A DNA stretch of 58,973 nt, the filler included, from Sphacelaria rigidula (taxonomy: Eukaryota), in NCBI GenBank assembly GCA_964200075.2. It is 7 parts of 7 records of this genome, joined end to end, with 100 filler letters (N's around TTAATTAATTAA, not from the genome) between each part and the next. Parts side by side here need not be neighbours in the genome. Positions count along the whole stretch, not along the records: positions 1 to 8,340 come from CAXNAA020011463.1; positions 8,441 to 16,779 come from CAXNAA020011464.1; 5 more parts are not named here. The stretch is one strand, 5' to 3'. The translations under genes and the position numbers were made by a program. Positions 1-13,228 of the stretch are shown in pieces. Every line of letters begins with the position of its first letter. Within the stretch, counting starts at the first letter, position 1. A model generated the notes under the pieces. That model saw nothing but the letters and a program-made list of their open reading frames with translations. It had not been told where the DNA came from and ran no database searches.

Positions 1-418
1 ATTTTTCGTACCTTTCCTAGGCAAAAAACGAGAAGGTATACCTTTTCTAGGCCATTGCCCCAAAAATAATGTCACAAATATTTCAAAGCTGGTTAGGTAG
101 TCCGGGTTCAGCTAGGTATTTCGGGGGTGAGTACCGTCGGTCCACTGGAGTACCACGCGAACGTTAATACAGTTGATAAATACCCTCCCTGGAACACCCC
201 GTACTTTTTCGTCACCATCTTTGTTTTTTTTTCCCTTGTCATTTTTTCCATATAGCCTCGAGGGATCAGCCTATCTCTACTCCGTCCGTTCGTTCGTCCG
301 TTTCGCAAGGGATGCGTGACCAATGACCAAATAATTGAGGCAAGGAACAAGCGAGTACTCCCTCGCCCTATCCCCCCTCCCCTGCCTAGGTTTTTGGACT
401 TCAATTTTCGAGCATTAA

Positions 419-516
419 CCCGTAGACCGCGAGATTAGTCTTTTTTGATCATGCCTATTTTTTTTCACTTGAAATTGATGCCGATTCAACAGAAGACTAA
501 CCTCGCGGTCTAAGGG
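419..516. mobile_element. 98-bp piggyBac-like MITE
   Basis: Ends CCCGTAGACCGCGAGATTAGTC / GACTAACCTCGCGGTCTAAGGG; left flank TTAA (415-418), right flank TTGA. A same-length copy in opposite orientation lies at 40489-40586 with TTAA on both sides. Confidence 0.75.
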
Positions 517-2022
517 TTGAACCAGTTCTCCCGTAGCCCTTCTCATTCCGTCGAATTTTATAATGTTCGTCAGCAATAGTGCTCAAGTCTTCGGGCGATA
601 TAAACCGAAACAAGTAAAGAGAGTGCCGTCGGGTCAGAACACACGAGTAGTGGTGGTGTACCACTTTGTCCACCGTGGTACGTCGGCATTCTCATTTGTC
701 ATCAGAGAAGATTCCGCAATAGTCGGGCTACGCGGTTCCGTTAAGGGTTTGAAGGGTCCCACTACGATTTGATCGAGATCAATTGTCACGAGCCCGATCC
801 ACTGTAATTGCATAAGATAAGTTATGCCATACTAGTATAGTGCAGGGTACCGGTATAATGCGGTCATGCCGAGCTGGCGACCCACGGACTGCACTATACC
901 AGGACCCTCACTGTACCCCAGGTACTGAGTAAGTACCCTGGGGTATTCCGTACTGGAAACATTCTCGTACATGGGGGGAAGGGTACACTACCCTGAAGGA
1001 GTATCCTTGCAACGTTTGATGTACTGTAGTACGACTTTCCTGTAGCGGCTTGTTGTTGTTGTTGTTGTTGTTGAACCCAGAAAACATCGTTTTTTTTCAA
1101 CCTTCAACACTTTTTTTTGTTCACCACGGCTGTATTCGCAGCGGAACGGCTTACGTTCATGTGTGGATATAAGCCAAGAAAAAAAAAGAAGAGGAAAAGT
1201 AACGTGCGACATATTTCTATTTCCGTCGCTGAGGTAGCATTGTTTTAGATTGAGGTTTTCACGTCAATCCGTTGCCGAAAAATCCATCATTGAAGCGCAA
1301 TAGATCATTCTCCAGCGTGAAATCTAGTGTTCGCATATTCATGGGGTTGGCAACCCCCGAGTACTGATTCACGAACACTTTGCCCACGGTACCCTCCGAA
1401 CCTCCGGTGGCAGACGGTTCTCGCTCTAGTTTGAGCTTGAGTTTGGGGTGAGAGGGTTATGGTTGGGGTTGGACGTCAGCGGGTACCTGTCAACGGTCAA
1501 CGGTGTAACTCTTGAATGGGCCAGAGTGAACTCGCCTTCCTATTCACGTGTTCGAGGAGTTAGTTCCCGATTTTTTCCCACACTTTTTTTTTCTTCCATT
1601 TTTGGATTTTCCCATCTTGATTATGCTCGTCTGTTTATTGCCTTGTCCTCTCGTCCATTCTCCATTAGACGTCCAAACTCATCGTTTATAATATATTTCG
1701 TTTTTTTTTTTTTTTTTTTTCTTTTTTTCTATCTTGGCTTGTTTTTTTTTTTGTCTTTCTTTCATCCTTTTTTATTTTTTTTGTTTTTTTTGCTTTTCGA
1801 TATAAATATAGATATATGTGTGACATATATTTTTAACGTTCATGCTTTTGTTTTGTCCGTGTCGGTTATCGCGCGCTTCACACGGCACGCAATGCCCTTG
1901 ACGATTCGGTTACGGTATCTCACCAACACTTTTCTGATGGTGGACGTTTTGTGTGTATATACATATATATATTCCGATTTCGAAGTCGCTGACGTTGTTG
2001 CGTTCTACCCGGCACGATGCAG

Positions 2023-4729
2023 GTGTGCCAACTGTGCCGGGGACTCCTGCAGCCGGATTCTCACCGCCGACAGACGGCTTCCGAAGGACACAGCCTCGCC
2101 AAGTACTACTTTTCACGCCTCCAAGATGCCGCCGATGAGTGCCGACAACAAGAGCAGCAACGACGTCATCAACAACAGCGGCCAAAACGGCACCGACAGG
2201 GGAACGATGCCTTGTTATCGAGTCGTTTCAGCAACCCAAACCCACATAGCGCCGACAGCAGACGCAGCGCCCAACGTGATGGCGGTGGGTTAGGCTACTG
2301 CTCGACATCAGCACCAGTAAACGCGACAACATTTTCATCATTGTCATCATGCTCAGCATCATCGTCGTCTGCGGCAGCGGCACGCTTTCCAAAGCGGGAG
2401 CCATTTTCCGCCCGTTCACCCGCGAGTTCTATGTCCTCCTCCATAACTGTTGGCGCCGACGCCGCCGTCCTGACCGGCGCTGCTGCTGTCGGCGGTGTGA
2501 AAGACGATAGCGGTAGTATGTGTGGTGGTGGCGATATTTTTGTTGTCGGCCACAAGAAACGGCGGTTAGAATCTCCGAAAAAAGAGCCACACCTGCACAG
2601 CAACAGTAGCAGTAGTAGCAGCTGCAAAAGCAGCAGCAATAACGGGGAGAATACTGCCGGTTGGTCCGACGGTACGGACACCTGGGCCAACCATCGAATA
2701 TGCAGCAGCGCCAGTGGTAGCGGTGCTACGGACGGCTGTGGCGAGGGGTTGGTCGGGGAAGTAAACAAGGCGTCGGCAGCGGGCGGGGTTCTGACATCGG
2801 AGGTGAAGGGGGAGCTGCCGGGGTCGGCGGCGGTGCCGGGGGACAAAGGTGACGGGGCAGTCGCCGAGAAAAAGACGGCAGAAGTGGTTAGGAGAAGGGG
2901 GAAGGAGGAGGTGGCCATTGAGCCAGATACGTGGTCGGAGCCGGATGAACTGGTTCGGTGAGAGAGGGCATGCCGTGCTTTCAATTTGCGTTGTTTTATG
3001 TCGGCATTTTTCCGGAGGAGGGAGGGGGTTGATCCCTTCAGACCACGAATTCGTCCTGAGGAAGGGGTTGGGAGTGAAAGTGTGACGAAAAACAAGAATG
3101 AAGAGAAGAAAAAGACGCACACAAACAATAACATTTGTTTCGTGATGCGTGTTGTTTTCGATGGAGCTAGAGCTAGCTCTTCACTTCCCCCCCCCCCCGT
3201 GTGTCTGGTGTGAATGAAACACGGGGTTTTCCACGATTGTTGTTCTCTTCTGCTGTGTATGGAACAGCAGCAATGGCTGCAGCAGCAGCAGGGTTACCCA
3301 CAGCTTGTTTCGGGGTTAGTTAGGGTTCACAAATCGAAATACCAGTATTTGAACTTTGTTGCGGGCATGTGCCTCCCCCTTGGTTCTCTTCTTCCAGGGG
3401 TCTACACGTTACACGTTCACGTTACGTTCATCACGTTCGTAAAAGTTAACGTTCACGTTACGTTTCGTCTGACACGTTAAATATTTTTAACGTTCACGTT
3501 ACGTTTCGGCCAAAACGTGACGTGAACGTAACGTGTAACGTGGCACGTTACTTCGAGAGTGTGTACATAACATTGATAACCGAGTTTCGGAATCAGGAAC
3601 GCACCGCTGTTCGTCACTCCCTTCTGCACGCGGTGTGCCTTATTTCTCATGCCGCTATCCTTCCTTCTGATTTCGTGCTCTCCTCCGCTGCGTCGTTATT
3701 TCTGCGTTGTTCCACAGATGCGACAGAATTTCGCATATGCGAGATTGGTTCCCGGGCGCAAGTCCCGCGAGCCTCGCCACGGCACTCAAGTCGCACAAAT
3801 GGGACGTGCGTGAAGCAATGGATGCCTTCTGTAGCATGCCCACAAACGATCACAATGATGACAATGACAGAACTGTTCATAATTTAGGTGTTGCTCTTCC
3901 GTCATCCCCGGCCGCCACGAACGGCAGCACCCCTCCTGTATCGGTGACAGCAGCGACGCCAGCAACGACACCGGTGTCGAGGTTTAGTAACCCTCTGCGC
4001 CAGATACTGCAGCGTGGCAAGGAATGGGCGTGGCACACGCCGGCTTCTCGTTTCCGTTTTCCCCGTTCGAATAATACCACTGCCAACAACACACCGACCG
4101 GGTGCCCAGCACAAGTGTCAGAAAATGCGAATACCATCAGACCCGGGTTTGACGGTGCCACCGGCGGGACCTTTGCCGGTCCTGGACAGTATCCCGTCTA
4201 CCGGACCGCACCATATTCTTCAACTGGAGGCTTTATCCCAACCTCAAACCTTGCCGCTCAGTTCGGCGGATACCAGGGCGGTTCGGAGTTTGTGGGTGGC
4301 AGCGGGCTTTGGCAGAGCCAGTTGTCGTTTGGTCATGTCGCCGATGGCGGACCGGGGCGGGCACTTGGAACTCCGGTTGCTGGTGTAGGTGGAGGCCCGG
4401 TCATCGATCAGCCGCATGCCACGGGTACTGACAAGTGGGTAGGGTTCGGTGGTGTGGGTAGGCGGGTGGGACGGCAGGATAAAGGTAGTGCTCCTCACTA
4501 TCGTCGCTCGCTAATCCGCGGGTTCGGAGGTCCAATGGTGACCGGGAATCATGGCAGCGGTCGAGGGGATGGTGGTCGAGAAGGTGATGTAGGTCGTGAG
4601 TTGGTCGGCGAGAGAAGCAATGGCGGGTCTGTAGACGTGCTGAGTGGCGGGAGTGGGGCCAGAGATGGGTTGGTCGGTGTGGCCGCGGCTGGGGCGGGCG
4701 TTGAGGACCCCATGGAGATAGAGTTGTAG
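2023..4729 (+). CDS. 3' part of a gene: probable protein-kinase C-terminal end, long low-complexity linker, CUE/UBA-like domain
   Basis: Exons 2023-2957 (cag|...CG|gtgag) and 3718-4729 (cag|A...TAG) join in phase 2. LCRGLLQPDSHRRQTASE resembles kinase subdomain XI; RISHMRDWFPGASPASLATALKSHKWDVREAMDAF fits the CUE pattern. Upstream exons not found. Confidence 0.6.
3395..3552. mobile_element. ACGT-rich hAT-like MITE copy (intronic)
   Basis: Starts CAGGG; built from CACGTTACGTT-type units; same family as 44132-44604. Right terminus unclear. Confidence 0.6.
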
Positions 4730-6244
4730 TCGAGTTCCGGAGGGGTGAGTGTTGAGGGATCCTACATGGAGCAGATGGATGAGTAAATCGAGTAAAAATG
4801 GTGCAGGCCTCTTGCACCCGCGTGCCACAGCTGGGCACTGAACGATATTCGAGATAGACGATGGGTCGTCTTGTGGCCAGTCGAGTCTCAGCATCAATAT
4901 AATCGTTTTTGTAGATGTTGTGCAATGTCAGTGTGTCCCCTGTAAATGGCTGTTCGTTTCTCCCCCCGCGTGTTACTGTTGAAACATACTTTTGGAGGAC
5001 GCAGCTAGTTTTGTTTGTTAAATTGTTTTGTGGTTCTCCAGGAAAAGAGCAAATGTTTTCATGAGAAAGAGTGGGGCTCTCCATACATGCACACAGCCTG
5101 TCCATTAGGTTGTGGACGCAGGCAGGGTAGGGATGCCTCTGTTGCGACTAGCTGGTGAGCTATGTTTATGGTAACGCTGTTTATCCTCGCGTGGTGATTT
5201 GTGAATATGTGTAACTCCAGTGTCGCAGTTGACATGTGTGCTGCGGTGAGGGCATAAGCTAGGTTTGTGTCCATGACGTTGCTGCGCCTCGTCCAGAGCG
5301 AAGGGTGCCTGACGGAGCGAATGCTGGGCTGGCCGCATGACAGGCGGGTGGCTCTTGACGTTTTGGGTGCTCGTTCGTTTTTGCCGCCGATATCTACGGT
5401 ATCCTGTAGTTCTGCTTGTGACACATATGGAAGATAATGATTTTATCTGACGGTTGTTGATCGGCTTGATATCTACAGTACTTGGATGTAGTTCTTGAAC
5501 AGATTTAGATGCTCGCACATGCAGCCTTTTGTTTCTTCCCCTTCTGTTTACTGTTAGCTGTTTCTGCTGATGCGTGGGTTTCCGGAAGGGCGTCGATCAT
5601 TTAGCCTGCCGGAGGAGGTCAAATTTGCTGTAGGTCTGGTGAGTAAAGTTTGTTGTAGAGAGCACAGTTTGCAATGCTTCATGTTTATTGCCCACTAACT
5701 GGTCAGAGTGTTGACTTGAAGCCAGGGAAAAATAAAAGTGATGTACGCCCAGTGAGTCTATCGCAGACAACGTAACACTGTAATGCATCTGATGTATATG
5801 ATGTATTGATGTCGACCTGGTCGGGGCTTTACCTCTGTATTCGACCGAGGGGCTGTTGTCCGAGTGGGGAAGAACAATGCAGCAGTCACCAGGAGTATAA
5901 TGGAAAAAGAAAGGAGAAAACGATTCCAGCGCTCATATTTATTTGCGCTCTTTTACTCGATGATTCCGCTTGTTGGAATCGAACGGTGCGTCTTCTGCAT
6001 TGGCTGTGTGGATGATTGAAGATACACCATATGCACGCTCTCGTTTTCAACGCGTGTGGAAATTTGTTCCAAATATACCTCGAAAACGGACGGAGAAGGC
6101 GAAATGTTTATGATGTTTTGCATACTGTAGAGCCCTTGGACCGACCGTTGACCGTGCGTTTCGTCCACGATGATGGAAAATGTGTGTGTGTTTGTCCCTG
6201 CGTGTGTTTCCGTTGGCCGTTGTGGAGATTTTACCTTGCACTGA

Positions 6245-6532
6245 AACAAAATTCCAATTTTCAAATTGGTTGTTGTCTCGGGCTATTCCAGATCCGGTAT
6301 TGGATTTCCGTGACAGAAAAAAGAGCAGAACTTTTCGAGAACTTTTCAAAAAACAAACAGAACTTTTCAAGAACCGCTCAAAACATGACCCCATTTTCTG
6401 GAGTACAGGGTGATACACTCAGCACAAGACAACTCTGCAGTGGTATATGAAGTGCAGAGTACTACACTGAACACCAGACAAAACGGCAGTTCTGCAGTGT
6501 TTTCTAGTTATAAGAACCTGAAGACGGACTGT
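6245..6532. repeat. ~290-bp interspersed repeat, copy 1
   Basis: Reverse-complement match to 9205-9511, sharing ATTCCAATTTTCAAATTGGTTGTTGTCTC and CTCTGCAGTGGTATATGAA. Confidence 0.8.
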
Positions 6533-8340
6533 ATACAGTATGACACCGTCACTACTGTACTCGGACAGGGGAGGTGGTACCCGGACAGGGGAGGTGAACA
6601 GCACGCTATGACTTGTGGATAGATACACTGCAGAGCTGGATATGCTTTGTTATTTCTTGTTGGCGAAAACTTGCACGTCTTCTCTCATGATGGGCAACAG
6701 CGACAGAACTGCGTGGTACTGTTGGCAACCGAGTTGCGTGCACGCTCATGGATAGTGCAGTCTGTACAAAGCTGCACGTTGCTGAAGTCCTCTTCGCGTC
6801 GCATTGTATGCAGGGAGGACTGATAGTTCGGGGCTCTCTGCACTGCATGTTGCCCGCGTCTCCTTCATATCCTCCTGAACGAAACACGCACACACGCACT
6901 CAAGACACCCTCCTTGCAAGCGGTGCAGACAGTACAGACTGTGTGTATTGTACACGAGTGACCATGTGCCGCGTCACGAATTCCAGGCACAGGACCCATA
7001 CATAAGAATAACTTAATTTACAATTATTTGCGCGAAGGGCGATCATGTCCGAGCGTTCAACATGGGCACCTTGCGAACAGTGAGGGCCCGTTTGAAATCA
7101 GCCGAAGAACTAAGACATGTGTCATGGTTCGATACTTACCACCTAGGTGGGAGTGGTGCCAGTTCAGTGGGCGCCAGGCTAGCGGGCCCAAACACAATCA
7201 TCAGTATCGAAGCCATTGAGCTCGACGTTACCAGGGTAGAGTCAGTCATGTTCGCAGCGTCGCGCTGCATACTCGATGAGCCGCTCAGACGCCAGAGCAA
7301 CATATGTTGCATGGAGGACAGGCTTACATTTAGTGAAGACCAAAGACTCCTCTCAGATAGCAGACCGTGATGGCGTAGATGCTCTTATATTATTGGCGTA
7401 CAGGCTAACTTGTGCTTTGCTAGTTGAGATGCATAGTCCAAAACGCTGTGACACGTGAGGGCACACAGGAGGGCACACGGCCAGATTCTGCCACACAATG
7501 CAGTATGACCCATCAGATACCAAGCATGACAAAGTATGACACATGGATCCTAGTCGACTGGAAAATGACCCATAAATCTGTAACATCCCCCTAGCCGTAT
7601 TTATATGGCTAAACAAAAATTTATCGGAGGGCTGGAAGGGCCAGAACAAAAACAAAGCCCGAGCATCATACGCCTGAAAGCAAAACGAAAAAAATCTGCT
7701 GAATTACAGTATAGGGGAAAAATCGTGGCAGATCTAATGAATAGGTAAACCGTGATAAGCAGGAGAAAACTCCATCCGTTAGGGAAGGGAAAAAATCTAT
7801 AACGCCCTTTCCAACGACAGAAACAGCAGACACGTACGGTCGCTGTCGTTTCCCCGGGATCTCAGTTAGACTGGAGAACGACCGGCTAGTTAGCTTGATC
7901 GCGCGTCGACACCCTGGATCAGTTACACTGGATTCTGGGGTAGTGCAGGGCTTGAACCTCGCTAAAAACAACCTTTCCACGAACTGATCAACAGTTACAG
8001 GAGTGCAGCTTTTGACGGGTGCTCTTCTATAACTAGTGACGCCTATTCTACTGGAACTAGAGCCCACGCGCCTTGGCTCACACATGTGCTTGTATGTTAC
8101 CAAATAGGGAGAAATCGATAACAAAGCGACAAAAGAAAAAGACAAGAACACTCGAAATTCATGACTGAAGCGTACGGTAGCAGCGATATATTGTTACTCA
8201 TTCCCTTATTTCATCACCCATTCCTCTCGCAATAATATCATATACCACGCCACACAACAAACAGTGGATTCTCGAAAATGAGGTTTAAAAAAAATGAGGT
8301 TCAACTCAAAAGCCGTGCTTTCCCTGACCTAAATTCATGA

Positions 8341-8440
8341 NNNNNNNNNNNNNNNNNNNNNNNNNNNNNNNNNNNNNNNNNNNNTTAATTAATTAANNNN
8401 NNNNNNNNNNNNNNNNNNNNNNNNNNNNNNNNNNNNNNNN
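8341..8440. other. Artificial contig spacer
   Basis: N44-TTAATTAATTAA-N44 (stops in six frames). Identical spacers at 16780-16879, 25219-25318, 33658-33757, 42097-42196 and 50536-50635. Confidence 0.98.
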
Positions 8441-8564
8441 CACGACATACGCGCAAGATCACCCTCTGCGACACAACAGGCACGGAGCTATCGGTGTTGA
8501 TGCGTGGTGTCGTTCGCAGTGCGCCTCGCACGCAAGATCAATACATCGCTGGCCGTAATGTTAC

Positions 8565-8711
8565 CAAGGCTATACTAAGTTCAATTCACTTTTAAGAAAA
8601 CGTGCTCAAACTGCAATGTGACGAAGAAACCATGGTCAAGGCTGTACTAAGTTCAATTCACTTGGAAGAACACGTGCTCAAAACTGAAATATGACGAAGA
8701 AAAGCATGGTA
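8565..8711. repeat. Tandem duplication, ~72-bp unit x2
   Basis: CAAGGCT(A/G)TACTAAGTTCAATTCACTT...CGTGCTCAAA...TGACGAAGAAA occurs twice. Confidence 0.85.
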
Positions 8712-9204
8712 TTTCAACATGTACGGGCTGATATCCCATCCGAACGACGAAAGCAAAGCACGGTAGACCATAAACATCACAGAGTAAGACCATGCTGCGT
8801 GCGGCTCACCTCAACTAATGGTACGCAGCCGATCGTCTCTGCCCATAACCCCATCCCTACCCCCAATCAACGATTTCTTCCTGCTTCTCCTTCCGCTCTG
8901 GGCCGTCAGTAGTGTGCGCTCCGTTTCCGGTACTCGTCAGCCATCTCCACGTTGGGCCGCTGCTGCTGGGGACATCTGCCTCTTTCCTTTGTTCGTGGGT
9001 TTGATGGTGGTATTCTCACCTCGAATCTTCCGCTGCAATAGAGCAAAAACCCCCACATCGGCAGACTACAAGGTGTCTGCTGTCTGCTGTACGGCATATG
9101 TTTGTACACTATTCGTGTGTGTGTTGTCGTCCCATCTATTCTGGACGCCGGTCTAGACCTTTTGGTATATGTTGGCGCACCAGCCGGGGTCACACACACA
9201 GAAG

Positions 9205-9511
9205 GTCCGTGTTCAGGTTCTGAAAATAGAAAACACCGCAGAACTGCCTTGTCTGGTATTGAGTGTAGTATTCTACAGTTCATATACCACTGCAGAGTTA
9301 TCTGGTGCTGAGTGTACCACACTGTGCTCAAGATAATGGGGTCATTTTTTAGCAGATTTTTAGCAGATTTCCGAAAGGTTCTGCTTGTTTTTTGAGAAGT
9401 TCTGCTCGTTATTTTAAACGCATTCCGAAAACAACGAGAGTGGATTCTGTCACAGAAATCTAAACCCCAACTGGAATAGCCTGAGACAACAACCAATTTG
9501 AAAATTGGAAT
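9205..9511. repeat. ~300-bp interspersed repeat, copy 2
   Basis: Inverted relative to 6245-6532, on a different contig. Confidence 0.8.
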
Positions 9512-10199
9512 AACCGGATTTACATTTTTGTTCCGGTCGACGGAGGAAAGAAGGAAACGACGGTCACTTGGGTATCATGATTACTTAGATAGAACCTACA
9601 GACAGTGCAGTACAGTAGGCTATCGTTCACTATTCTCAACGAGGCACCTCCGGCTTCTCCTTGGAGGTTGTAATGGACACACGCACAGTGGGAGAGCACC
9701 CTCAGCACACAACACACACATTCGGCTGTAGACTTGAAAGAGGGAAGCCAGGAGAGAGGAAGGGAGAGACAGCAACACACAGCAGCACAGACAATAGCAG
9801 CAACTACAGTAGACCCCACACCTCGTCTGGGTTGCCGACGTCATATATATACTGGTATGTTTCTATTTGTCAGTAATCAATCACACACAGAGGGAAGGCA
9901 CCCTCGGTACATATTGCACGAGCTCTTCGCTGTAGACTGACAGGAGGAGGAAAGAGTTGAGAGAGAGCAACCCAGACAGCGGTGACAACATTAGATGCAA
10001 AGTCCTTGCGCACTCGACTACAGCCAAGCTTACCTTCTTGTCGCCCCATCGTTGTTTTCTGCCCTACCCGCTTTGAGTTCGGTCGTAGTAAGGTTGGTAG
10101 CGAAGAGTGAACGTCTCTACCGCCCTCGTGCTCTGTGACGAGGGAACCCGTGACGAGAGGAACCCGTACGCTGGCCGTTTCTCGACATGAAAAATGAGA

Positions 10200-13100
10200 T
10201 TAGTTCAGATCAATCGCGTGCCCGATGGCCGGTAGCTCGTTGTTGAGATGCCCCGAGAATGATCGGGTCGGTGTAAACGGTGAACGTCGATCACGTGCTT
10301 TACCACCTCCTTCACCTCAGTCACGGACGGCGTCGGCACGCACAAGCAAAGACAACGGAGAAAGCAGCAATGAAGCTGAACCTTCTTGAGAGTGTTGAAA
10401 TCGATTCGAAGAGCCGGTTGCTGCATGTGATGCCTCGAACCTCCAAAAGTGCCTCGATTGAAGTTGAGACAGTCAAGTCTGAGAAATCAAGGCTCACTCT
10501 GGTCGAAAGAGGTCGAATTGGGTGTGTTGCTCAGTGCTCCCAGACACATGAGCGAAACACAACGCCATGAGCACTAATGAAGCTGAAACGTGTTGAGGTT
10601 CTCCCAAATGATGTTAGAAGAGCGATAGGATAGTTTTTTCGCACTGCGCGGCTTCGAATTAGTTCAAGGGGGGGAAGTGTTGCAAACAGACCCAGTATAG
10701 TGTTGGGGTTCTCGGCATCGGGCGTCGCAACTGGCTTACAGACAGGCGATATGTCTCGTGGTCTTGAGCAAGCATCCAGTTGAGCCATTTCATGCGCATG
10801 GAAATACGTGATGACTAATATACCATGTTGATTATGCCGGAACATGTCTCAAGTACACATCTGTTTGTGCATTGAATTCATTCAATTTAATATCATATCT
10901 CCCAGAACTACAAGAAGCGGGCGGGTCGCACCATTATGGTGTGACTATCAGTACGTTTGCGTTGGCGACATCCACAAGACAGCACGTGCTTGCGAGTATC
11001 GGCGAAAAGACCGGGTCACTCATAGCGTGCGTTGACCACTACAGTAGTTTTCATCACTCCGGCGTCCCCTTGCGTAGTTTGCACCAACGCGAGTAGGCCA
11101 GGCACTATACTGCGTGGAATAGCCAACATACTCGGTGCCCAACTTACCTAGGTGAGGTATACCATAGAAGATCATAATTTTGGAACGTACGCTTCCTGCC
11201 TCTTACCTGTACCTTCGTCCTTTTCTCCAACAATAACCTCACCCTGATGAGCTCAAGCCGGGAGTCCCGCTCTTGCAGCAAAACTAGTCGCGGCTTGTTC
11301 ATCAGAATCGCTCTCGCCTGCTCGAGAATGGTCTGATGGCTACCTTTACCTGGTATCCGTGGCTCCTCAGGTGGAGCCTTTCCCCCACCAGGGTCTTGGT
11401 CTGACTCCCGATCTGTCTCTTGAACCGATGAACGAGTTACAGCGGCTCCCCAAGCCTCTGGTAACTCTACTTCGTCACGAGGCCAAATCGTAGCGAGCGT
11501 GCTCAAATCCTCATTCTCACCCTGGATATGAGCCAGGCTAAACAACCTTCCGCTTCCACTTGATAGAATCGCCTTCATCCTCCACGGGTGAACGAAATTA
11601 GCCACAATCTATGGCATGGCGTCGTTATTTATCCGAGTGGTGTCTCGTAACAGTCAAGGATAGTCACAACTTTCACGAAATCCTCTCTTTCCAGCTCGAC
11701 TGCTTCTTCCTATCCACCTGCATCTGCCCCATGGGTTCTGGATTCCTCGCGCCTTGGTTTCCCTTTCGTCAGCTGAGAACAAAATAATCTGGGCATCGGG
11801 CTCTCGGAAGTGTGAATCGCCTCGCCCTGTCCTGTCGGCACCAGAAAAAAAAATACTTGTCCGCCCTAATCGCTAACCCAACGTGGGGCAGGCGACGGTG
11901 TACGTCTTCACTCGCTGCTGCCACGCTCGCAGTTGTCCTTCCCTCCGACGATCAGCATTCAAGGCGGCTGCAGAGGTCCATCTCTTCCGATACGGTGCGC
12001 CCACCTGCACGGCTGAGACTGAGGCCTGCTCAGTGAGATCCCCAGCTCCGCTCAACTCGGAGCAACGAGATCGTTCTCACCAGGAGAGCGCACCATCACA
12101 GCAGTACTCTCCGAGATCAGCGTTGTCACAGAGGGTGATGGGAGGATTGACTCGACCAACTTTTTGACGACGCTGGCTGATGCTGACTCCGGCTCGGCTC
12201 ATTCGATAGGTGCAACCCGACTTGTATCCCCTACCAACTCTTGTGGTTGCACTTCTTCCACAAACTTGTGGAAAGAACCGCGCTCCGGACTCGTATGTTC
12301 CAGCCTGCCTCCCCTTTCCAATCCGGTTTACGCCAACACAATCCAACGCCTTCCAGTCCGCATCAGCGTATCACTTCTACGAACTCTTTGGCTGCCATAA
12401 TACTTCCTCTAGTTCCAACTGGAAAAACCCATTCTTTAAATCAACACTCGTAAAGTACTTGGATTCTGCTAGCCCACCATACATGGTCTGCATACCCCTC
12501 AAACTGCCACTGTATGACTCCAGAAGTTGGTTCAGTCCACGATAATCTTCACGTAGTCGCAAACTACCGTCCGTCTTTCTTTCGAACCGTGACGCAGGCG
12601 GCTGCCCATGCTAGCGTCGATCACACGTAGCCCGGGACTAGCTTGCTAGCGAAACCTTCTGAGCTTACGTCCTCCGTTAGATGCAGCAGCCACTGCAGCG
12701 TAGTATCGTCCTCCGACGTCACTCCAAGGCTTTTCCACACCTCATTAGATGCTGCCAGTTCGCTCCTCCAACCAGACAATCTTCATGTCGAGTCGTCACC
12801 AAGCGCGCTTGGCTTGACAGCACGGAAAACGTTCAAAGTTGTCGAATCTCCTTGGCTGGTGAGGTGGTCGGTGTCAACAGCTCCGAGTATTGGGGGAGTG
12901 TTAGACACGAACCGTACTCACGGCGCCTCCGGCGAAAGCCGAAATCTCGATCGCCCTTCGGAAGATAACGTGCTCTTGTTGTTCCTGAAAAACTCGCTGC
13001 CGGAATAAATCCATATGGTAATCCATGAACCACCCGGACCCATACCTTTATTAACTTATTCTTTGTGCAAAAAGGAATAGGACTTACTGCTAACCCTAGA

Positions 13101-13200
13101 ATTTTCATCTGAGGTATCTCACTGTTACTAGAGTTAGCGGACCTCAAAGTTCCTACTCCCTACCGTTGCAACTTATTTGCTATATCACCCCACGTTACCA
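10200..13200 (-). mobile_element. Decayed Ty3/gypsy LTR retrotransposon (RT and integrase remnants); boundaries approximate
   Basis: RT start RKKDGSLRLREDYRGLN...KYFTSVDLKNGFFQLEL at ~12395-12590. Degenerate integrase Zn-binding region LAIPRSIVPGLLALV...GDAGV...RYE*P...KHVLSCGCRQRKR at ~10940-11130. RT precedes IN (gypsy order); stops and frameshifts throughout. Confidence 0.8.
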
Positions 13201-13228
13201 ACAACCTTCACCACTGTTTCGATGCATG

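Noticed and set aside
1448..2293. 281-aa Phe-rich membrane-like ORF
   Set aside because: It arises from T-rich low-complexity intron sequence and overlaps the better-supported exon in another frame.
2295..3134. 279-aa minus-strand ORF
   Set aside because: Antisense shadow of the GC-rich exon 2023-2957.
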